NCBI RefSeq assembly: GCF_000002075.1
Contig: NW_004797322.1
Span: 402,297-466,296 of the forward strand
Direction of reading: 5' to 3'
Length of the DNA stretch: 64,000 nucleotides
Origin: Aplysia californica
Taxonomy: Eukaryota
Numbering within the stretch: the first letter of the stretch is position 1; every line of letters begins with the position of its first letter. This document shows positions 61,701-64,000 of this stretch, one piece after another. A program made the translations under genes and the position numbers. Under the pieces are notes generated by a model. It searched no databases. It was not told the DNA's origin and was given only the letters and a program-made list of their open reading frames with translations.

Positions 61701-63631
61701 ACAGCTCCCATGCCAAAATGCATTTGCTTGAAAGAACAAAGCAATAGTGTGGGTACAGAGTTAGAAATGTGACAAGACAAACCATTTTTCTGTACAAGTC
61801 AAACAATTTTTTCAGTACAAGTTTATGTTAAGCACAGTTTAGAAACAAAAAAGTAGATCCACAAACAGTACACTCGCAACTGATTGAAATATTGCAAAGA
61901 GTACAAGAAAATCCCCAGCAAACAAATCGGAGACTACATAATTATCCGATAGACAAATATTTAAGACTCTACACCTAAGGATGAATGATAAAGGCATTCA
62001 AACATAGTTGACTGCAATAGCATTTTATGCATTCATAGACAGTTCAGATCATTTTATTGACTTATTTAAACTACAGTGGAAACCATTACAACAGGCCCGG
62101 TAATAACAGGGATCTGTTAATAACAGGTTGTTTTTTTTCCCCGTTTTTTTTCTACTCTTTGTCTCTATTGAAAGTTATCGGCAATAACAGGGCCTCATCG
62201 GAGCCCATTCGATTATAGCAGGGACAAAGGCTTGTTNNNNNNNNNNNNNNNNNNNNNNNNNNNNNNNNNNNNNNNNNNNNNNNNNNNNNNNNNNNNNNNN
62301 NNNNNNNNNNNNNNNNNNNNNNNNNNNNNNNNNNNNNNNNNNNNNNNNNNNNNNNNNNNNNNNNNNNNNNNNNNNNNNNNNNNNNNNNNNNNNNNNNNNN
62401 NNNNNNNNCACTGCAAGCACACGCAGCGATGTGCTGCAAACCTTGATCTAGCCCGAAACCTAGCAACATGCATGCGTAATGTGTCATGCGCAGGCCTGTC
62501 GTATGGCCAAATCTGGTCGTGTGCAAAGCTTGTTTTCGCAGTTCACAGCACACAGGCATGAGCCACACCACACTGTGACTGTTCACTAACAACAGTACAT
62601 GTGTAGATCTAAGATTAATGCACTCTGTGGACGACCGATCGGCCTAGATCGAAGCCTACTTCTTTCATTGTGGCCACCAACGATGTCAAGCGCAAGAGAA
62701 AATGCTTTTCAATTGACAAAATATACTAAATAATCCAGGCTGTTGACAAAAAGCAAGCTCCCCTGGCAGAGATTTGTCATCAGTTCGACATTCCATGTGG
62801 TATAAGGAGGCAAGGAGAAATTGTTGGTGCCAAAACCCCTGTTCGTGGGTTCTTGTGGCAAGGGAAACTACCCATGAATAAGTACTGCTGGATTAGTCCA
62901 CAACTGCTTACTTTTCTTGCATTTCTGATTTAATAGGGATTGGATATAAAGACTTTTTTTTATACTCCCACCATCCCTGTTATATCAGGTTTCCACTGTA
63001 CTTTCCTTTTGTTGATTAACTGAAGGGTATAGGTCTGCTCCTTTCAGGCACATATAATACTTAGAAGTTGTTCCCTCAAAACTATATAATATAAGATACA
63101 TTTATAAGAATTACTATTTTAAAATGATCTGTCAACCAATATTAACCCACTCCCTCTGTCTCTCTATTCTATCATCCACTAAAGCCTGTAACAAAACAAA
63201 ACCCCCAAAACAAACAAACCAAGACTTGCTTTTGCTTATTTGATTTCTAGTAGCTTTAATTAAAAGCTTTGCTCAACATTTTAACGAATAGAGGACAGGT
63301 CATTCTCCTTTAACCACTATTAGTAATTAGCGCTTGATAGATACTCCCTAATATGTCAGATACCTACTGTTTATATTGTATTTTAAAAAATGCACAATTT
63401 ATGCCAGTTACCTGAGAGCGACAGGGTTATCAGCACTGAATGCAAAAGAGACAGATCCAATCGGGCTACCAATGGAACTGGGAAACTGATCTGTAAGTGA
63501 CTCTATAGTCAAAACCTCTCTATCAGGGTCACTTGCGAACATAAAAATTGTCACTGGTTTTCCATCTTCCGCAAATAAGTATCCATCAGAAGTCAGAGGA
63601 GAGAAAATCCTTAGATTTGGAGCCGTGTTTC
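1122..63631 (-). CDS. Partial multi-exon gene (41 exons in window): large extracellular EGF/cbEGF-repeat protein with a cadherin/Ig-like domain; mucin-4/VWDE-like or fibrillin-like; 5' and 3' ends outside window
   Basis: 41 exons with AG acceptors and GT donors (one GC) whose phases chain into one frame of 5349 nt; recurrent D-x-[DN]-E-C...C-x-N-x-x-G-S-[FY]-x-C-x-C-x-x-G-[FY] motif. Confidence 0.93.
1835..1951 (-). CDS. Exon w40: cbEGF cassette
   Basis: 117 nt; [39 protein letters not shown]. Confidence 0.93.
   Translation of the reverse strand, partial: TQMNVKEILARQTRNVATLWALSTVPVKQDLSKMEQNV
1983..2165 (-). mobile_element. ~176-bp SINE-like retroposon (family S), copy
   Basis: Aligns by eye with 43892-44067 (gcacttgcaacacaataaggtcata...gaaggagcaaaccacaccagagca). 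Confidence 0.8.
2537..2600 (+). mobile_element. Sola1-like MITE left-end fragment
   Basis: gtgaggcatcatggtgaaatcaggcgttcgtcaaaataatgaaatc after aaat. Confidence 0.7.
2620..2680. repeat. (TG)n microsatellite
   Basis: direct reading. Confidence 0.95.
3026..3145 (-). CDS. Exon w39: cbEGF cassette
   Basis: 120 nt; [40 protein letters not shown]. Confidence 0.93.
3657..3773 (-). CDS. Exon w38: cbEGF cassette
   Basis: 117 nt; [39 protein letters not shown]. Confidence 0.93.
5100..6612. mobile_element. Nested complex: reverse Sola1-like MITE containing a forward copy (5241-6339) that contains a TTAA element (5398-6074)
   Basis: ATTT duplicated at 5237-5240/6340-6343; TTAA/TTGA at 5394-5397/6075-6078; host sequences resume across each insertion. 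Confidence 0.75.
6759..6878 (-). CDS. Exon w37: cbEGF cassette
   Basis: 120 nt; [40 protein letters not shown]. Confidence 0.93.
7040..7200 (-). mobile_element. Family S SINE-like copy (diverged)
   Basis: ggaaagaaggggcaaacaacatcagagcacctgccaatcaccca matches family 5' end. Confidence 0.7.
7589..8010 (-). mobile_element. Sola1-like MITE (~420 bp)
   Basis: Imperfect ~33-bp TIRs GTG...CAC; AAAT duplicated at 7585-7588/8011-8014. Confidence 0.82.
8323..9177. mobile_element. piggyBac-like non-autonomous element
   Basis: TTAA on both sides; 13-bp imperfect TIR ccctcgtcttgcg / tgcaggacaagag; CpG-rich subtermini. Confidence 0.72.
9468..9524. repeat. (TTA)n/(CAT)n microsatellite
   Basis: direct reading. 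Confidence 0.95.
9560..9676 (-). CDS. Exon w36: cbEGF cassette
   Basis: 117 nt; [39 protein letters not shown]. Confidence 0.93.
10105..10541 (-). mobile_element. Sola1-like MITE
   Basis: Colinear with 7589-8010; flanks ATAT/ATAA. Confidence 0.8.
10744..10863 (-). CDS. Exon w35: cbEGF cassette
   Basis: 120 nt; [40 protein letters not shown]. Confidence 0.93.
11937..12062 (-). CDS. Exon w34: cbEGF cassette
   Basis: 126 nt; [42 protein letters not shown]. Confidence 0.92.
12388..12635. mobile_element. Foldback/MITE with ~80-bp near-perfect inverted arms
   Basis: ctgtcatgatattcgatacttatactcgaatatagtgaagatgttcgata... is the reverse complement of ...tatcgaacatcttcactatattcgagtacaagtatcgaatatcatgacag. 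Confidence 0.85.
13223..13348 (-). CDS. Exon w33: cbEGF cassette
   Basis: 126 nt; [42 protein letters not shown]. Confidence 0.92.
14958..15074 (-). CDS. Exon w32: cbEGF cassette
   Basis: 117 nt; [39 protein letters not shown]. Confidence 0.93.
15287..15454 (+). mobile_element. Family S SINE-like copy (opposite orientation)
   Basis: gttggcgggtgctctggtgtgatttactcc...gaccttatagtgttgcaagtgccataaaactaactaaa. Confidence 0.8.
16133..16249 (-). CDS. Exon w31: cbEGF cassette
   Basis: 117 nt; [39 protein letters not shown]. Confidence 0.92.
17653..17769 (-). CDS. Exon w30: cbEGF cassette
   Basis: 117 nt; [39 protein letters not shown]. Confidence 0.93.
18681..18797 (-). CDS. Exon w29: cbEGF cassette
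   Basis: 117 nt; [39 protein letters not shown]. Confidence 0.93.
20630..21124. mobile_element. P-superfamily-like MITE
   Basis: TIR caatgatagtaaataacaagatgggccact / agtgacccatcttgtcttgtactatctttg; 7-bp TSD ccgtaat/ccgtaac. Confidence 0.72.
21357..21473 (-). CDS. Exon w28: cbEGF cassette
   Basis: 117 nt; [39 protein letters not shown]. Confidence 0.93.
21613..21916. repeat. Diverged local tandem duplication, two units of ~130-150 bp
   Basis: aaacaaaat..ttccat..ttaggagt..cagtttaaag..gacataaaatg..ttcaacc..aattttaggagtaaaagta occurs twice. Confidence 0.75.
22420..22536 (-). CDS. Exon w27: cbEGF cassette
   Basis: 117 nt; [39 protein letters not shown]. Confidence 0.93.
22563..22743 (-). mobile_element. 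Family S SINE-like copy
   Basis: Colinear with 43892-44067. Confidence 0.82.
23188..23307 (-). CDS. Exon w26: cbEGF cassette
   Basis: 120 nt; [40 protein letters not shown]. Confidence 0.93.
24052..25104 (+). mobile_element. Sola1-like MITE interrupted by a TTAA-flanked CCC...GGG element (24226-24838)
   Basis: AAAT TSD; TTAA duplicated at 24222-24225/24839-24842; host resumes aaggcac. Confidence 0.78.
25158..25274 (-). CDS. Exon w25: cbEGF cassette
   Basis: 117 nt; [39 protein letters not shown]. Confidence 0.93.
27619..27735 (-). CDS. Exon w24: cbEGF cassette
   Basis: 117 nt; [39 protein letters not shown]. Confidence 0.93.
27915..28265 (+). mobile_element. tRNA-derived SINE with CORE-like centre and L2-like tail
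   Basis: A-box gtggcctagtgg, B-box-like gcttcgaattc, gtgccttaggaaaggc...gtaaatgggtacc, 3' gctatataaatgcaaatattattat. Confidence 0.7.
28322..28444 (-). CDS. Exon w23: cbEGF cassette
   Basis: 123 nt; [41 protein letters not shown]. Confidence 0.93.
29496..29606 (-). CDS. Exon w22: remainder of cbEGF
   Basis: 111 nt; [37 protein letters not shown]. Confidence 0.92.
29841..29993 (-). CDS. Exon w21: laminin/MEGF-type EGF plus start of cbEGF
   Basis: 153 nt; [51 protein letters not shown]. Confidence 0.93.
31310..31352. repeat. (CA)n microsatellite
   Basis: direct reading. Confidence 0.95.
32039..32585. repeat. ~115-bp tandem duplication plus inverted partner (MITE-like)
   Basis: acaaatatcaacacaaa..cgtcctaatt..cagt.tttatctttgtcgagataacaa repeated; complement gttatttgttgttatcttgataaagataa at ~32550-32580. 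Confidence 0.65.
32615..32780 (-). CDS. Exon w20: end of EGF plus cbEGF; GC donor
   Basis: 166 nt, phase 0-1; [55 protein letters not shown]; donor AAG|GCAAGT. Confidence 0.88.
33509..33615 (-). CDS. Exon w19: laminin/MEGF-type EGF
   Basis: 107 nt, phase 1-0; [36 protein letters not shown]. Confidence 0.9.
34329..34451 (-). CDS. Exon w18: EGF (degenerate cb motif)
   Basis: 123 nt; [41 protein letters not shown]. Confidence 0.9.
34703..34822 (-). CDS. Exon w17: EGF (non-calcium-binding)
   Basis: 120 nt; [40 protein letters not shown]. Confidence 0.9.
35785..35907 (-). CDS. Exon w16: cbEGF
   Basis: 123 nt; [41 protein letters not shown]. Confidence 0.93.
36383..36502 (-). CDS. Exon w15: cbEGF
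   Basis: 120 nt; [40 protein letters not shown]. Confidence 0.93.
36650..36696. repeat. (TAAA)n microsatellite
   Basis: direct reading. Confidence 0.9.
36965..37150 (-). mobile_element. Family S SINE-like copy
   Basis: acttgcaacacaataaggtca...gataggaaagaaggagcaaacacaccaga. Confidence 0.8.
38142..38429. repeat. Compound (CA)n/(TCTCTCTGTA)n/gap/(CAT)n repeat
   Basis: direct reading. Confidence 0.9.
39588..39722 (-). CDS. Exon w14: end of EGF plus cbEGF
   Basis: 135 nt; [45 protein letters not shown]. Confidence 0.93.
40303..40404 (-). CDS. Exon w13: laminin/MEGF-type EGF
   Basis: 102 nt; [34 protein letters not shown]. Confidence 0.92.
41290..42139 (+). mobile_element. 5'-truncated L2/CR1-group LINE 3' end
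   Basis: QNHAARLVL...[16 protein letters not shown]...YIPSRSLRS...[15 protein letters not shown]...FKKSLKTHL stop; 3' UTR with (TG)n and gtaaagcgcctagagc...gcgctatagaaat(att)n tail. Confidence 0.9.
42464..42595 (-). CDS. Exon w12: cbEGF
   Basis: 132 nt; [44 protein letters not shown]. Confidence 0.93.
42591..43590. repeat. Minisatellite (40-50-bp unit, ~17 copies) derived from the w12 intron/exon junction
   Basis: Unit gatatctacaaataaagggaacaggtttgttgtattcagt with exact 40-bp period at 43242-43550; degenerate copies 42591-42975; first copy overlaps the w12 acceptor. Confidence 0.92.
42978..43239. mobile_element. P-like MITE, shorter relative of 20630-21124, inserted in the minisatellite
   Basis: 31-bp TIR cacagaccgtacattacaagatagttcactc / gagtgaactatcttgttatgaacgatctttg; subterminal sequence is the reverse complement of 21050-21110. 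Confidence 0.78.
43595..44355 (+). mobile_element. Rex1/Babar-like (CR1-group) LINE RT C-terminal fragment, degenerate
   Basis: [14 protein letters not shown]...[29 protein letters not shown]...FGISCYG...IRKASRTIG...DHSHPL; frameshifted and interrupted by a SINE. Confidence 0.82.
43892..44067 (-). mobile_element. Family S SINE-like, full length with TSD
   Basis: 13-bp TSD tttggtatctctt at 43879-43891 and 44068-44080. Confidence 0.9.
44743..44880 (-). CDS. Exon w11: EGF (non-calcium-binding)
   Basis: 138 nt; [46 protein letters not shown]. Confidence 0.9.
45561..45689 (-). CDS. Exon w10: cbEGF
   Basis: 129 nt; [43 protein letters not shown]. Confidence 0.93.
45968..46320 (+). mobile_element. 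RTE-clade LINE 3' fragment
   Basis: [10 protein letters not shown]...[16 protein letters not shown]...[21 protein letters not shown] (C2H2); possible TSD attttgac. Confidence 0.8.
46648..47082 (+). mobile_element. Sola1-like MITE
   Basis: ATAT TSD 46644-46647/47083-47086; family TIRs. Confidence 0.82.
47127..47546 (+). mobile_element. Sola1-like MITE, adjacent second copy
   Basis: Colinear with 46648-47082. Confidence 0.78.
47891..48025 (-). CDS. Exon w9: cbEGF
   Basis: 135 nt; [45 protein letters not shown]. Confidence 0.93.
48180..48343 (-). mobile_element. Family S SINE-like copy
   Basis: ttttaccgcacttgcaacacttaaggtcatataagtgc...aaaccacatcagagcaccc. Confidence 0.75.
48677..48928 (-). 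CDS. Exon w8: laminin/MEGF-type EGF plus cbEGF
   Basis: 252 nt; [48 protein letters not shown]...DSTCE. Confidence 0.94.
49700..50148 (+). mobile_element. Degenerate I/Ingi/Nimb-type LINE 3' fragment
   Basis: [16 protein letters not shown] zinc-knuckle-like motif at ~49925-49975; (aac)n tail at 50134-50147. Confidence 0.55.
50440..50595 (-). mobile_element. tRNA-SINE remnant
   Basis: Reverse strand reads gggttcaagcc (B-box) ... cccacccagtagtaatgggtacctgac. Confidence 0.5.
50784..50906 (-). CDS. Exon w7: cbEGF
   Basis: 123 nt; [41 protein letters not shown]. Confidence 0.93.
51193..51575 (+). mobile_element. Sola1-like MITE, diverged
   Basis: gtgtggcatcgttgggaaatcaagtgcttatcaaaataat...aaaggcacaaaaaaatgtaaatttgcagt. 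Confidence 0.7.
51601..51672. repeat. (CA)n microsatellite 30 nt downstream of the w6 donor
   Basis: direct reading. Confidence 0.95.
51706..51834 (-). CDS. Exon w6: EGF (non-calcium-binding)
   Basis: 129 nt; [43 protein letters not shown]. Confidence 0.9.
52760..52835. repeat. (GA)n microsatellite
   Basis: direct reading. Confidence 0.95.
53053..53504. mobile_element. MITE with ~27-bp TIRs, unclassified
   Basis: gtgtgcccggagaaaggtcccagttgt / acaactggcacctttctccaggcacac. Confidence 0.75.
54744..54866 (-). CDS. Exon w5: cbEGF
   Basis: 123 nt; [41 protein letters not shown]. Confidence 0.93.
56359..56472 (-). CDS. Exon w4: cbEGF
   Basis: 114 nt; [38 protein letters not shown]. Confidence 0.93.
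57020..57890 (-). mobile_element. Highly degenerate RTE-like retroposon remnant
   Basis: [18 protein letters not shown] resembles the RTE ORF2 C-terminus; no intact ORF. Confidence 0.4.
58635..58796 (-). CDS. Exon w3: EGF-like
   Basis: 162 nt, phase 1-1; [25 protein letters not shown]...[16 protein letters not shown]. Confidence 0.9.
58960..59515 (-). mobile_element. tRNA-derived SINE, inverted relative of 60563-61068
   Basis: Reverse complement gggctttcgtggtctagaggtacagtgtttgcctctcattcagaagg matches the 60565 head; gcacattaaagatcccttggtggtc matches ~60930. Confidence 0.65.
59547..59979 (+). mobile_element. Sola1-like MITE
   Basis: AAAT TSD 59543-59546/59980-59983; family TIRs. Confidence 0.83.
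60563..61068 (+). mobile_element. tRNA-derived SINE with gcacacgttaaagatccc central motif and tail shared with family S
   Basis: tRNA-like head; 3' gaccttatgcagttgcgagcctcgtaaatcacttacc resembles family S tail gaccttattgtgttgcaagtgccgtaaaactctta. Confidence 0.65.
61202..61374 (-). CDS. Exon w2: end of cadherin-like domain plus EGF-like
   Basis: TTGCAG|G...ACAG|GTGAG, phase 2-1; [11 protein letters not shown]...[11 protein letters not shown]...CVCEAAYT. Confidence 0.88.
62074..62998 (+). mobile_element. Tigger/pogo-type (Tc1/mariner) deletion derivative
   Basis: TA|cagtggaaacc...ggtttccactg|TA; 62688-62795 translates [35 protein letters not shown] (psq/CENP-B-type HTH remnant). Confidence 0.82.
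63412..63631 (-). CDS. Exon w1: cadherin/Ig-like domain, first part
   Basis: TTACAG|GA...CTCAG|GTAAC, phase 1-2; [10 protein letters not shown]...[10 protein letters not shown]...PVALR; frame joins w2. Confidence 0.8.
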
Positions 63632-64000
63632 CTGTAAGAAAAAAGACAAAAAACAAAACAGAATTCAATTTCTACCAAAAATTCAAGACTTCTATCTTAA
63701 GGAAAACCCAGTAAAAATAATTTGTGAGAAAAATTCTTCAGAAAAAGCTATGCTTCAGACAGACAGACAAACAGACCAATAGAGCGATATGAGAAAAAAA
63801 AGTCATATTACATATTATATAACGTAGTCAAGATCATATAAAAAGAAGAGACTTAAGACACTGCCTTACTTTTAATTAGTTTATTATGTTTTGGGTAGAA
63901 GACCTTCACTAAAAAATTGACTAGAACTGTAATAAAGTGTACTCAGTCATTCTCCCTGAAAACTGTTCCAACCCAAAAATTGAAGAAACTATAGGACCTA

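Noticed and set aside
3520-62408. Additional exons hidden in the nine N-gaps
   Set aside because: Cannot be seen. A phase 1-1 cassette in a gap would not disturb the frame, so 41 is a minimum exon count.
1122-63631. Calling the gene fibrillin, Notch or LTBP
   Set aside because: No TB/8-Cys or hybrid domains in ~40 modules and no LNR/ankyrin; laminin-type EGFs and a cadherin-like domain do not fit. No symbol assigned.

Overview
Eukaryotic (animal, probably lophotrochozoan/mollusc-like; AT-rich, microsatellite-rich, 9 N-gaps) genomic DNA. The whole window lies inside one large minus-strand gene whose start and stop are outside it. By reading splice junctions by hand I recover 41 phase-consistent exons (w1 at 63412-63631 to w41 at 1122-1238; 5349 nt, about 1783 codons in one frame). 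They encode a cadherin/Ig-like domain, then EGF domains in a 6-domain unit repeated about 3 times, then 19 consecutive single-exon calcium-binding EGF (cbEGF) cassettes. There are no TB/8-Cys domains, so this is not a true fibrillin. It resembles invertebrate mucin-4/VWDE-like EGF-rich extracellular proteins (inference). Introns hold many transposon remnants: a ~430-bp MITE with AWWT target duplications (Sola1-like), TTAA piggyBac-like elements, P-like MITEs, a Tigger remnant, SINEs, L2, Rex, RTE and I-type LINE fragments, and a Gypsy integrase fragment. The most unusual observations are (1) a minisatellite built from the w12 splice acceptor (about 17 acceptor-like copies), (2) the 19-exon phase-1 cassette array with two-exon duplication units and inverted intronic repeats, (3) introns at different positions in four paralogous modules, (4) a GC-AG intron, and (5) a three-level transposon nest. 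Most ORFs in the supplied track are spurious.
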